Shown here: positions 38,401-50,240 of the stretch, piece by piece
How the letters are laid out: every line of letters starts with the position of its first letter
Numbering within the stretch: position 1 is the stretch's first letter
The notes under the pieces: generated by a model
What the model was told of the DNA's origin: nothing
Database searches by the model: none
What the model saw: the letters and a program-made list of their open reading frames with translations, nothing else
Assembly: GCA_040954595.2 (NCBI GenBank)
Contig: CM082591.2
Coordinates: 5,983,009-6,047,008, forward strand
From: Balanoglossus misakiensis
Lineage: Eukaryota > Animalia > Hemichordata
Length of the DNA: 64,000 nucleotides
Reading direction: 5' to 3'
Program-made: the position numbers and the translations under genes

Positions 38401-41400
38401 AAAGTAAATGGCATTTATGTCATGTTTACCGCCCTCGGGTTTAGACAGGAAGGGGCAAATGTTTTACTTTTCTCAACCAGTACAATGTCAGTGCTTTTAA
38501 ACAGATAAAAGGCCTCTTTTTAGTCGCTACGTGGGAGTCACTGACACGTTTATTGACTCGGGCGTTTCGAATCTGATCAGACAAAGGTGACCAACTCGAT
38601 TTTTGCATACTTCAGTTTGTCTAGTCATGTTTGGTTATAGCCGGAGTTACATGTACATTGTCATCAGACACACATGTATCATTGATCATTGGGTTGCAAG
38701 GAATGATAAACTGAGGATTTATTTTCTAAAAGTAAAATGACTAATTCGGACATAAATTATGAGTGCTCAGAATGTATTGCCCATGTTGTGAGAAAGCGTT
38801 GCTTTTGGGTGTATATATCAGAATTTCCAAACAAAGTGTAAATATCCCCACTTTGCAATACACTTTAACAGAAATAAGGTGCATCACATCTCATAAAGCT
38901 TTGCATTATGGCCTTAACCCTTTCACCAACATGGTTTGGTCCAACTCCATCATTTTCTAAGGTAAACTTGGATCTCTATAGAGGGAAACGGGGGTGGAAG
39001 GGTTAAGGCCCGCTTGGAATGAAGTAGCGAGTACAACCCAGTATTATAACATGGATGCAAAATCTCTATTCATAGGTGATCTTTTTACTTCTATGGCAAA
39101 TTTCTTGTAGTACAACATTTCTATCATCGTACGCTCGCACAGGTCATTGGCTTGACCACAGTCTCCATAGCAACATAACTCTTAAACTGTCAATCATTCG
39201 ACACAGATAATTATTCTGTTTATTTTCTGTTTTACACAAACTATTGTAAGAGTCACTAACCTCACAAAGCCAGTACAACACCTAGTGGCCATTAATAACA
39301 AACCCATAGAGCACTGCCGGATATTATGAATTTAGATAAATTGAATATTTCCGAACACTGCCTACACTACTTAAAGTCTAAGGAACTGAATAACAGAATA
39401 AATGGAGATCGTAATGAAAGATATAAAGCAAGCAGCCCCAGTAATGAATTATATTTAGATGTGTGAGTTTATGAAGTTACAATCTCCTGTTTTTCATTCA
39501 GGCATGTGTGCATTGACATCTGAGGCTTTGACGAGCTGTACTCGCTTATTTGAGGTACACCTGTACAAGCTAAAAACATGCCATGGTAAAGAATTACTGG
39601 TGCCGTTAAAGAGACAAAGTCTCTCTATCGCTGCCCCTTCTCCATTAATTATGTTTAATACAAGACACCATTTAGGTTAATGTACATGTGTATGTACGTA
39701 ATGAATCAACGTTCGACCTCACACAACTTCCATACCACTAGTACTGAGACACGAGAGTGAAAAACTCACCAAAATGAATAATCAGTGTTAACTGTTTATG
39801 TATTTTTTTGGCGAGATTTTTACTCTCATATCCTACAAACGGTATGGAAGTTGTGTGTGGTTGGACGTTGATTCACTAATATATCCAAATGTACATTAAC
39901 ATAAACGGGTGTCATGTATCAAACATAATTAATGGAAAACTTGCAGCGAGAGAGACTTTGTCCCTTTCAGCACCCAGTTGAATTGTGGGAGCAATGTAAT
40001 GAAGTCAATATTCAGTTTGTATGTACTTGACTTTTAAAATCAAAGGTATTGAAAAAGAAATATATCATCTCACACTTCCACTTACATGTAGACTTACTGA
40101 CCAAGTCAACAGAATAGATAGTACATGTACACACCTTTAGGGAAGGATTTTCAGAAAAACGACAGCCCTCCACCTTTAAACCTTTCAATTCGTCGCTGTA
40201 TTAGAGTGTGTGAGAAGTCTTTCAGGGTGTTCACAAAAGAAAACAGGGTGTTCACAATCTTAGTTTCATTCAAATCACTGCTTAATAGTTGAACCTTTCT
40301 CCATAGATTGTCGGCCATTTTGAATTTCAAATTTGAGACAGATTAATAATACGGCTCCCTGTGGACAGCTACGTGTAGTGTCCCTAATGAGGTCATGAGC
40401 TTTACAGATAAAACATTCCATCAAACCTTGAAATCAGATACTCAATTTTTATTGTCAATTTTAAACGAGAATAGTCTAAAGTTGATTTCAGCAAAATATG
40501 AACAAATGTTTAAGACTTTGATTTCTGAAGTGCACAGTACCTACATGTATGTTGTAACACAGACATTTTGTGCTTGTCGAACAACACTCTCAATGCGAAC
40601 AAGCTAGTCTGTGGCAGACAAAACATCAACACAATGGCTGGGGAAATAAGCCATTCTCTGCTTTCAGTTGTGACTAGGCAATTGTGATCATTGAAATTTC
40701 AAGTGATTCAAATGTTTGTGTCATCAATGCTTTTCAATTTCACAAAACTGGCCGATTTATGTGGTGTCCTCCGCATAAAAAGTTGCCCACAGTATCCCTG
40801 CAGTGGGTGAAGACTTAACCCTTTCACCACCATGGTTCAGTCCAAATCAATTGTTTTCTATGGTCAGACTGGACCTCTAAAGAGGGAACTGGGGGTGAAA
40901 GGGTAAAATCACTGCACACAAAGTGACGTTTATTTTGTAAAAGGCATTCATGATTTGACAATTACAGCTTGTAAATGTTGTAATTACTATTGCATAATGC
41001 TGATCAGTATTGAATTTTTCAGCTGACGGTCATGTTAGCACTTGTCTTAATGGGTGATTTAAAACTGCATAGAATTTCACTGAAATCAGAAAGAGTTTAG
41101 TTTTATTTCCTACTTTTTTGAGAATTGTTTCCTGGCCTGTTCCATCGTAAAATAAACAACATTCTCATAAAAAAATCACAGAAAAATCTTGCTTGGCAAC
41201 CAATAAAACCTAACAGCTTCAAATCAAAACACAGCAAAAACAAAAGACTTGACATTAACGATCGGATGCAAATGCCACGATACAAAGCAAGAAAGAATCC
41301 TATCATTTCAGGTCTTCTAAAGCAATGACCTGTTCAACTAGCAACTAACACTAAACAGCTTGTTTGAAACCCTCAAACTACTCAGACACTAAATCAACAC

Positions 41401-44400
41401 ACACGACGATCTTGGACAGTCTATGTACACCGTCAGTACTGAAACTTCCGATCAATACTTCTAAACAATTAACAAATATTCCGATAAATTCCATGAATAC
41501 AATTGTCATAGTTCTCACACTTGGAATCTTAAACGATACTCACATGTACACAAGATGGACTACATGACGTTTTTCGTAGAAGTCAAGTCCGCTAAATTCG
41601 TCGTAGTGCAACGGCTGCGTGGTACATCCACCTGTTCGCACACAGGTACTCTTGTGTTACGGTGGACAAAAAGACCAACCAATTACAATTGATTTTGCTT
41701 CTCCACTCAGAAACGATCGCTTGCATAATTAGCTTTACGTTATGTTGACATAAAGAGTCACCTTTCGCTTTTGTTTCCAGGTGCTGTGTGTCGGAACTGA
41801 TCGTCACCATAATAACTTTCACTGAAATTCTCACGAATATCTCATTTAGGGGACTTGTATATTAAAAGTGAACATGAACCCAAGTCTGTACTTTTGTTAA
41901 TTTAGTAATACACAAAAGATACAGTTTTTCGCTGCAAATTCAAAGAATCAAGGTTGAGTCTGTGTTTACCATAGACAGCATTCTGTTTAAACTACAGTAT
42001 ACACTTACATGGTTGTTAAAGTGGTTGTAATATTATCCAAGCTCTTTACATGGAAACTCCATTTGAACCCAGCTATTATATATTTTTTTCTGTCTGTCTG
42101 ACCAAAATTAGCCTTTATTCTCTTACTCGTTTCCATTTATATTAATTTAAAATTTTGTGGAAAATTTTGTTTTCATTTGGTCATGATAATTTTGAAATTA
42201 TATTTATTATTTATCACCATTTTAGACAGCAAAGTTTCTCACAAATCTATACATGTACTAGGGAAGGGTGTCTTGTTCAATGACAACATAATAGGTGCCA
42301 TCTTCACACAAAATCTACGCAATCAATAATTTGCCCCATTACCTCATGAAATATTCAAGACATGCCACAAAGGCTCTTTTCTTGGATGTTTGGTCTGCTG
42401 AGACACTGTGTCCAACGGTCACTGAACACAATCAGTACTGTGATCATTTCTAAATTATTCAAAAAGTGGTCAAGAATCCTGATGTAAGGACACAGATTTT
42501 ACAATAACACAATCATCTTACCTGAATTAAGATCATTTTTCTGTCATTTTTTAGCTAAAACATCTCCATAGTTCTGTCTAATAATCACCAAGTCTTTTCA
42601 ACATAATTTTTGTTTATATACCTAGGTGCTTCGCATTACGTTGTCAAAACATGATATGAGTGCCTTGGTTCAACCCCTTTCCTACCACGCTTTGGAAAAC
42701 CCCCATTGTTTTCAATTGTAAAGGTGGATTCATCCATTTGGACATAGGAGTGAAAGCTCCACACAAACATACACCTGCTGACAGCAGACTTAAGCTGGTA
42801 ATTAGTTTCAAGGGAAGGTGAGTTTTCACATTATTGAATGAATGATATACTAGACTAGTATATTACATTAATGCAATTTAGACAAAAGAGACAATTTTGG
42901 CCATAAATGATAAAGATTTATAACAGGTTGTCAAATACACCCGTCTGCACATTCATAATGACAGTTAACGAGCAGTAATGATATGTTATTAACATACATG
43001 AGTTGTCAATCCAATTTTGTACAAGCTCTAATTGACCTGCATACAAACAACAGACACATTGTCTGTATACATCCAATTAAGTGATTGGACGCGTCATCAT
43101 AATTATCCATTAAATTAATGAGTAATTTAATGGATAATTATGACAACATCTAAGCTTGGACAGTGATACTCTCAAGCTTTCATCAATAACAGATTCAACA
43201 CTACAGTGTAGAAGAGCTCTCATGTAGACATGAGAGTGAAATACTTGCCAAAATGAATAATCAGTCCCTACTGTTTATTCATTTTGGCGAGATTTTTACT
43301 CCCATATCCTACAAATGAGATGGAAGTTGTGTGTGGCCAAACATTGATTCACTATATATCCACATGTAGAATAACATTAATAGTGTCTTGTATCAAACAT
43401 AATTAATGGAAAAGGGCAGCGAGAGAGAGACTTTGTCCCTTTAACTATGCCTAATATACAACTAATCAAGAAAATAAAAAATTCAACTGAACGACAAAAA
43501 TATAAATGCCACCATTGCACGAAATAACCTCATCAAGATATCTGACAGCTCTCCTGCACTCATGAAAGTTCAATGACCTGACCTGTCTGACACTCTTATC
43601 ATTCAATTGTTGTGACTCCTCCCCTAGCAACCATTGTTTACATGTATTTCTTCCTTAGCAACAAGCTGAATCCCGGGTTCACCTAAGTACATATCTTTTA
43701 TCATGTGCACAGTGTTTCCACTGGAAATAAATATTGCCAGAAATTGCAACAAAATTGTTTCGCTTATGTTGGATTTTTTTAAAAATGTAGATCACTTTAT
43801 TTTAACAATTCCTGGTTTGCTTTTCAATGCTTATTATTTCATTGCAGTTGCTTCTTTTCAGTAAATTATTTCTTGTTATATGCACTTTCTTACTCTTAGA
43901 CTTATAAACATAATTTTTCCAAAATGTATTATAAATTTCAGGACCTATAAGCAATTCTGCACAATGGTAAAACATTGAAGTATGGTAATATGATAGAAAT
44001 GTAATGGCTGAACATTCTGTATCAATGCATCAAAAATGAATAATTTTCAACTGGTTGGCAAAGACCAATAAATTGACGTTAAATGATAGAACAGATAGAT
44101 AACTTGGTAAAATCTACACAATATAAATGTATTATGAAATGTAAAGTGAATATCAGTGGTGCACCGTGCATAGCTGGTTTGCCAAAGCAAGAAATATTAT
44201 AGCGCCCTCTATGGACAAAATGTGGGAAGACACTCCAACCAACATATCCTACTTGACTACATGTATTTGAATTAAAGATCATCTTGACATTATGTCAAGC
44301 CTAACAGTAACAAGCTCACTATTGCAATATTTTATCATTTCTGACATCAGCTAACCGACATACAGTTTGATTATGATCAGACTATATTTGCATTAGGATT

Positions 44401-47400
44401 AAATGAAGATCACTCCTTATACTGGATTACATGAATGGTTGGCCCTATGCCTTTTCCAGAATAGCTGATGAGAGCTCCCAAAGAGATCTAACAAGGCAGA
44501 GCAAGAAAAATACTTTCAATAAATCCATAAGATTTTTTTCTTTTACTCTGTCACATTTTGAATTCCAAACTATCTAAAGTCTTAAGTGTTTCCATTCGTA
44601 ATACTGGGCTTGTTGAAACCTCGATGCAATTTGTCAAGTTTCATAGCATCACAGTGCCACCACTCTTCAAAAAAATATTTAACCCTCTGATCACCATAGT
44701 TCAGTCCAAACTCATTGTTTTCTATGGTACGGTTGGACCTCTATAGAGGGAACTGGGGGTGAAAGGGTTAAAGTAATTTTGGTTCACAAGTGTGTGAACA
44801 TTCAGACACATCTGAAAGATCAACTATTCCCTCCTACTGTTCAAACTTTAGGCATGTAAGACTCTAGCTCTGCGTGGCAGGGCTGTGTTGTTACGGCGAG
44901 CCCTCCACCCACATCAAGCTCTTTGTGCCAGAGTCTACAAAGGTCAAAAGGTCGTGACCTCACCTGGCAACCTCTCAGGATTAGTATGAGAGGGATAATT
45001 ATAAAGATACGAAGGCAGTTTAAAATATAGGAACTTCCGCTAAACTGCAAATTATCACAGCGTCAGGCTGTTTTAGTCTACGAGTATTGATTTTTGCTTT
45101 TTCCATATCAGCTACCTTCACGTGAGCGATAATATAAATGATATAAACAGTGAAAACTTTGATCCCAAACAAAGATATGGCAGACAATCAACCTCTGTGT
45201 TGTTGCATTACATCATTTGTCAGATGTTGCCATGACGATGAATCAAAACATTTCACTGATCCTAATCTCAGTGCATTTAACAAGCACAATGTTGATCATT
45301 AAGCATGTAGTCTGAGACACGAAATGCACTGTATGTGTGTGTAACATGAAACAGGCAATTTTGGGACACACAACAGTGTTTTATTTGATTGTGAATGAAG
45401 GAATGTATGAGTGAAGGAATGAAGATACACAAATTTCACAATCTATTATTTGTAAGCATTTATCAGATCACATCTCACAAATATGGGTGATATTAGAGCA
45501 AACACGTACTGCTAATGTCCAATAAGTAAACGAACCTGTCTAGAATAAAGCTTGTCTGAGTTTGACGCCGATGTCTGCCTTATATTTTACAGTCACTATC
45601 TGCTCTGGCCCTGAACAGTGAAAGTTATATCATGTCCGCACCTACAGAGACACATTAACAGAATTACAGTCCCTGCACCAGCTACTCAAGCGTACTAATC
45701 TAGCAATCATTGCCATGGCAAAAAGACGACCATTACGGTTAGGAGCCGTCTTGATAAATAGGCCTGAGCAGTCACATTCACAGACTGACATGTTAATTCA
45801 GTTTCCTTCATAATGGTCGCTAGCAGCATGACTCCTTAGCACTCGATCAAAACGCCACTTTTGCGGGAATGAGCTGTTATCGTTCGGAAACACGTAGCGC
45901 CGGCAATATGACCAACACAATGTTCAAATCTGCCAAACTAAATTTATAAGTCAATTTAGTTGCACAACTCAAGCAGCTCATTAGTGTTAAGGCCCGAACC
46001 CATACATACAACATAGATGATACTGTAAAACATTTTATTTTCGCGAGCAATAATTTTTTGCGAAATACGCGAGAGCCAAAATGGCCTGAAAATAAAAAGT
46101 TGCGTAATTTTTTTTTTTAAGATAACGATGCAGTGAATGAAATAAGAGAACGCGAAAATTAATACTCGCGAAACAGTGGCCTCTCTCGATATCGCGAAAA
46201 TTACAACTCGCGAAAATAAAATGTTTTACAGTACATGTACATTCCATGAGGAGTGTTTCAAATCACATATATAATGGGAGCACTTTTTGATGTGACCACC
46301 AACTAAAAATCTGTGATTGGCTCTATCTCAATTTCCCATGATGAGAACCAGACTGTCGAACTCAACAGTACAGCACACAAACGAGATAATTAAAGTCATT
46401 TTACATAACAACGTCACAGTGGCGAAAACGGAGACTTCAAACTGAGAAACAATTTTTGGTTCTCTATTGGCCTAATGGATTTTCTATTAGCTCCTGAACT
46501 GCGGTGCCTTCAAGTCTACAACTGTGTCACCTTTGACCCCAAATGGATTCTGGGACTTATCTCAGACCAGAGCTCTGGCAAATTTATATGTAAAATTTAT
46601 GGGAGTTTATGTAAGTGGTCATGATACTACATACTAATTTTTAAATTTGAAGCAATGAATGATTTCCCCAGTGGATTTTCGCACAAAAGAGATGAAATAT
46701 TTCTTGCACATTTGCATGTATTCTCAGAACAGGTGACAATTTTACCACACACTCTACATTCCCTAATAGTACTGCAGCTGTCAGTTAAACTTAACGTTTC
46801 AATGATTATCTGTAATAACTTTGCATTCTGGACAAACTTATGTGACTGAAACATAACTAACAGCTGAAGTTGACATCAAAATGCTGAAATTGTGGGCTGA
46901 CACTACCAACTAATTTCGTGATTGAATATATTTTCAACAGCTGAGAAATTCTGCAACATGGGTCTTGCAAAGCATATATCAAAATTTATCAGTTCATGTT
47001 CCTGTTTGCAGTTTTTTAAGTTGTGGCCACCTGTTGATATCAACATGCAAATTATGGCATCAATCGTGAATAATTACCAACAGCGGATGTTGGCAATGAC
47101 ATTGACCAATCCTTTCTGTCTAAGAGATTAAGTTATATTAAGATACTGCTTTTTTGTACAAATGATAACTCTTCCATCCCCATTTCCCACTTTAGAGGTC
47201 CAACTTTACCTTTGAAAACAATGGTTTTGGACCAAACCATGGTGATGACAGGGATAAATGCAAATTCCAAAAGTTCTGTGGTTTAAGCTAATTGTGCCAA
47301 GTGTTATCTGGGCGTTATCTCGTAAATCATGTCTTTATCTAGGAACAGTGGTGTGATGACAGAATTTCTGATAAGCTTTGTCAAGCCTTCACAGACAGAT

Positions 47401-49839
47401 TACATGCAGGGGCATGCTTTAATAAACCTTGAAAAACTGACAGTCACTCTCAAATCTTCTCTACAGAAATAAAAAAATCCCCCGAGAATTTGTCTGTTAA
47501 ATCTTTACCCTTCCACCCCCAGTTCCCTCTTCAGAGGTCCAACTTTACCATAGAAAACAATGGGTTTGGACCGAACCATGGTGGTGAAAGGGTTAAATCT
47601 TAATGGCATCTGACACGCTTGTTCGTCTTGCCGTCAAATAAAACTGACGGAAAAGTTTAACTTTTTTGTCACACTCACACCACTGTAGCAGACACAAACT
47701 TCAGTTGAGTGATTTACAACATGGTTGTGTAATATTATATTGCACTTCGCAAAAAAACAAATGTTGCTTCACAAACTACTGTAAAACACTTTATTTTCGC
47801 GAGCAATAAATTTTCGCGAAATATGCGAGAGCCAAAATAGTGTGAAAATAAAAAGTCCTGTAAATTGTTTTGAAGATAACGATGCAGTGAATGAAATAAG
47901 AGAACGCGAACATTAATACTCGCGAAACAGTGGCCTCTCTCGATATCGCAAAAATTTAAACTCAGATAGGACTGACTCATGCACAAAAAGGAGAAAAAAA
48001 AAGTATAAACATCAAATACATACAATGGATATTAAGCTAACACTGGGGGAAGGGTTGAAACCAAGGGGGGGGGGGTGACACAATCACTATGGCAACCACT
48101 GTATTTACAAACAGCGACAGCGATGAAGACATACCTGTTACTAGGGGGAGGACGTTCGTCAATTCTGTAACTGTAAATATTAGTTGGAAAACAAAACAAA
48201 AAAACATCAGGCAAAGCAACACGTCAACATTTTGGCAAATCTTAGGAAGTGTTAGTTTTTTACAACTTTTATGACACCACACCAATATCTCATGCACAGC
48301 AATGAATTTTCATTTGTGTGTAATTTTACATGGAATCTCTCTCTATGATGAAACTTGTGCTGGATTGAAGATGGATGTATAGTACAACTAAACTCAATCA
48401 AGAAGCAACAGAATCTACTCAAATATATGTGATACTGCTAGCTTCTTTGCACATGGAAATCTCATCTCCACACATACCAGATTTGTTGTAGACTGGTCAT
48501 GTCAGTTTGTCCATGCATGTAGTGCACACAATCCAATAAAATGGATTAGCTGTCATCCAGGCTATACATACAACATGGAGAGCAGAATTCTGTTGCATCT
48601 TGGTTGGGATGGGTTGTACTGCATGCATTACATGACATGTACCTCATAACACTCTTACCTGTTTCACACAAATCACCTTTATTACCCTTGGCACACATTT
48701 AATTGTCTAGACACACTGGATTATTAGCATAAATGGTTTCTGTCTTGCAAATGTAGATTGTACGATTCTAGGAATCAAAACTTTCATCCCAAATGCAAAA
48801 TTTGTGCCAGATTCAAAATGCTACAAAATCAATCCCATGTCAAACAGCTGTTTCAATATTCCTAAGTATATTTCTTTCCTTGTCAGACAGCAAACATTTA
48901 CTATTTTTCACCTTGCATTCTACGTGTGTTTGGAGAATATATGCTTTGCAATATCAAATCACTAAGATGTTTTCATGTACAACCATCAGGATATTAAACA
49001 GACTCCCACAAAGAAATATCTCTTTGATGTTGATTTTACTTCACTGAATATACAATCTAGGTGTAACGTCAATGATACTGTTCGTCCAGAATGATTTGAG
49101 AAAATTTAGATGCATATTTTGAGATGGGTGATCTATAATTTAGGCTTCTATGAAGCTTCCAAGATGGTTTTGAATTTTAATATTTATGCAGTACTATTAC
49201 TTTCATAATGAGTTTGTTGTCTTAATGAATAATTAAATGTGCGTTTATTTGGTTTTTTTTACACTCTGCTATGTCAACATGCATTACCTCCATGAAAGAT
49301 GATTTCCCATGATGCATTTCACCCATGCATATATGAAATAAAATGTTTCATGGTGCAAATGTCTGTAACATCAACCAAAATTTTATTGCAAAGTTTCCAC
49401 AAAAAGTACTTTCAGTCAGATTATGATAGTTTGTGTTTATTTTTTGCAGAAATGATACAATTACAAATGATGAAAAATAATTAACTGAGATATTTTTGTG
49501 TAATATTTTCATTTTTATCCAAAATTGACTTTTTACGCATCTGGCATAATTTCAATAAAATTATTGAAATATTTTTGGAGTTTAGTGATTATTTCATAAG
49601 TTACATACATTTGCACGATGAAACAAAATGGTGGACAGAAACATTTATCTGATTTCTTACTTTTTCTTTGACAGAGGTGGTGGTTGTTTCCTCAATTCCT
49701 CCAAGTACTGCGCGATGAGAAGGTCTTCATAACTGATGATGTCGCTCGCTGTCCGGTTGAGTCGACCGACTTTCTGCGAGTGGGAGGGCTGCGTGGTGGC
49801 GAGGGATTCAGAGTACTTTGTTGACCGTGTTTTGGACAT
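5405..49839 (-). CDS. DCDC1: Doublecortin domain-containing protein 1-like, long form: 39 coding exons, about 1887 aa, six DC-like repeats and ricin-B-like QxW regions
   Basis: Exons in transcript order, all GT-AG and phase-consistent: 49661-49839 (ATG in gccATG context), 37241-37513, 36296-36485, 35155-35317, 34594-34696, 34194-34293, 33620-33713, 33119-33217, 32525-32775, 32094-32180, 31208-31309, 30325-30475, 29554-29668, 28920-29070, 28385-28492, 27791-27912, 27469-27529, 26968-27125, 26094-26217, 25461-25545, 22279-22364, 21714-21863, 20811-21057, 20194-20359, 17490-17648, 16661-16855, 15508-15722, 15205-15275, 14569-14766, 13628-13834, 12897-13068, 11482-11595 (optional), 9416-9601, 8638-8739, 8083-8219, 7797-7901, 7213-7438, 6486-6595, 5405-5506 (TAA). 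Total 5664 nt. RPISAP, AYKNGHRDVFAEVSAPNIKLLLEQCTVRLGLTTAARRIFL..DVFISCGEAF and WTMNG match vertebrate DCDC1 as I recall it. Confidence 0.9.
6089..6416. mobile_element. MITE family A copy with eroded ends
   Basis: Same internal sequence (ccattaattatgtttgatacaagacac...gtgtcttgtatcaaacataattaatgg). Confidence 0.85.
7526..7733. mobile_element. MITE family C (about 208 bp, TA TSD, CTGTA termini; Tc1/mariner superfamily, Tc2/pogo-like)
   Basis: TA|CTGTAAAACACTTTATTTTCGCGAG...CTCGCAAAAATAAAGTGTTTTACAG|TA. Close copies at 16049-16232, 35366-35573, 46023-46231, 47779-47962. Related subfamilies at 6672-6881, 12661-12831, 13981-14323, 14349-14556, 21490-21687, about 36910-37090. Confidence 0.88.
9093..9290. 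repeat. (CATA)n microsatellite, about 200 bp
   Basis: Long run of ACAT units with a few CCAT variants. Confidence 0.97.
9093..9365 (-). mobile_element. Helentron/HINE-like element end (terminal hairpin plus microsatellite); second copy at about 34405-34547
   Basis: Both loci share (CATA)n-GCAACYGATCCCATWAGGTCCCA..loop..TGGGACC-AAAAA. A T-run, short inverted repeat and tetranucleotide microsatellite is the DINE-1/HINE architecture. Confidence 0.6.
9684..9820. mobile_element. Palindromic MITE-like element, about 137 bp
   Basis: AGCGCCC..CACAGCCATCTTGAAT..GGGGAAAT pairs with ATTTCCCC..ATTCAAGATGGCTGTG..GGGCGCT. Confidence 0.65.
12225..12380. repeat. Fragment of an unclassified dispersed repeat; also near 14902-15020 and 40295-40520
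   Basis: Shared ttctccata..ggcggccattttgaatttca and aacaaRtttaagactttga segments. Confidence 0.6.
16284..16627. mobile_element. TIR element of unassigned superfamily; partial inverted copy at 27194-27365
   Basis: 16-bp TIR ACCTTAAATAGGTTTT/AAAACCTATTTAAGGT. The right 170 bp recur as a reverse complement at 27194-27365. Confidence 0.65.
17171..17405. mobile_element. Kolobok-like MITE, second family; other copies about 29336-29496 (inverted) and about 63575-64000 (interrupted)
   Basis: TTAA|AGGGAAGGGGTTGTCGCGC...GCGCGACGACCCCTTCACT|TTAA. Confidence 0.85.
17764..18115. mobile_element. Old hAT-like non-autonomous element
   Basis: 12-bp TIR CAGTGTTTCATC/GATGAAACACTG; no TSD recognisable. Confidence 0.45.
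19850..20180. repeat. Degenerate minisatellite, unit about 40 bp, about 8 copies
   Basis: Recurring GTG(T)ACYTATAGGA(TA)CAACNATTTTCAAAGTGT-like units. Confidence 0.7.
26468..26782 (+). mobile_element. Crypton-A-like non-autonomous element with a 143-bp terminal hairpin
   Basis: Starts TTAAGCAATAA; palindrome 26471-26613 around GAGCGATAGCGAG; body bounded by a second inverted repeat (ATTATATTATGCCAGTATATTGA/TCAATATACTGGTATAATATAAT); no TSD seen. Near-identical inverted copy at 56178-56497. Superfamily assignment is from recalled similarity to Eulor5/6. Confidence 0.7.
28063..28234. mobile_element. pogo/Tigger-like MITE (family E); other copies about 35849-36028 and about 33340-33590
   Basis: TA|CAGTAAAAC...CTTACTG|TA with shared internal sequence between copies. 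Confidence 0.75.
29919..30214. mobile_element. Kolobok-like MITE, third family
   Basis: TTAA|AGCGGGTAGCTCGTCTCACGCG...CGTGTGAGATGAGCTACACGCT|TTAA (22-bp TIR, 3 mismatches). Confidence 0.82.
30476..30750. repeat. Tandem duplication (about 130-145 bp, two copies) including a DCDC1 splice acceptor
   Basis: ctgttgacagaaatgacacgaatctttgtcaattc...gtgattttta occurs twice, at 30476 and 30605. Confidence 0.85.
30785..30950 (-). mobile_element. Possible CORE-type SINE 3' fragment with a (TAAA)n tail
   Basis: (TTTA)n at 30785-30822, and AAGTGCCTTGCTCAA resembling the MIR/CORE motif in reverse. Confidence 0.4.
31560..32008 (-). mobile_element. Second Crypton-like family with a terminal hairpin
   Basis: Palindrome 31876-32004 around CTCCGCTACGCGTCGG. 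Body bounded by ATTATTATACATCT (31561) and AGATGTATAATAAT (31861). CpG-rich, so probably young. Confidence 0.6.
32843..33090. mobile_element. MITE family A, left-truncated copy
   Basis: Right TIR GAGACTTTGTCCCT present; left arm partly deleted. Confidence 0.8.
33374..33545. mobile_element. 172-bp near-perfect palindromic MITE nested in a family E element
   Basis: 85-bp arms with 2 mismatches and a 2-nt loop, flanked by TATA on both sides. The empty site GTATAGAGAGG is visible in the 35849 copy of the host. Confidence 0.88.
35366..35573. mobile_element. MITE family C, intact copy in the opposite orientation to 7526
   Basis: Perfect 25-bp TIR and TA TSD. Confidence 0.9.
36531..36877. mobile_element. 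MITE family A, intact copy with TTAA TSD
   Basis: TTAA|AGGGACAAAG...CTTTGTCCCT|TTAA. A TTAA TSD with 5'-RR termini is the Kolobok signature. Confidence 0.92.
37591..38037. repeat. Tandem duplication (about 229 bp, two copies) containing a pogo-like MITE fragment
   Basis: ggggtaatcagc..gtccaacctgtgtYagtggccacctctatatagtggccactttgttacagtccc at 37591 and 37820. Confidence 0.85.
39610..39965. mobile_element. MITE family A copy
   Basis: TTAA|AGAGACAAAG...CTTTGTCCCT|TTCA; same body. Confidence 0.88.
43222..43440. mobile_element. MITE family A, right half
   Basis: Ends CTTTGTCCCT|TTAA. Confidence 0.8.
46023..46231. mobile_element. MITE family C, intact copy
   Basis: TA|CTGTAAAACATTTTATTTTCGCGAG...CTCGCGAAAATAAAATGTTTTACAG|TA. 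Confidence 0.9.
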
Positions 49840-49910
49840 GGCGGGGATCAAGTCACTGTGGAATAAGCAGAGATGACGAGAAATGAGAAAATGAATTAAT
49901 CAGACTTCAA

Positions 49911-50240
49911 AGGGACAAAGTCTCTCTCTTGCAGGCCTTTTCCCATTAATTATTTTTGATACAAGACACTGTTCATGTTATTCTACATGTGGATATATAG
50001 AGAATCAACATTCAACGACACACAACTTCCATCCCGTTTGTAGGATATAAGAGTAAAAATCCCGCCAAAATGAATAAATGGTAAACACCGATTATTCATT
50101 TTGGTGAGTTTTTCACTCTCGTGTCTATAAGTTGGATGGAAGTTATGTGTGGTTGAACGTTCATTCACTATATATCCACATGTAGAATAATATAAACGGT
50201 GTCTTGTATCAAATAAAAGGGCAGTGAGAGAGACTTTGTC
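49911..50240. mobile_element. MITE family A copy about 55 bp from the acceptor of the DCDC1 ATG exon
   Basis: AGGGACAAAGTCTC...GAGACTTTGTC. Confidence 0.88.
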
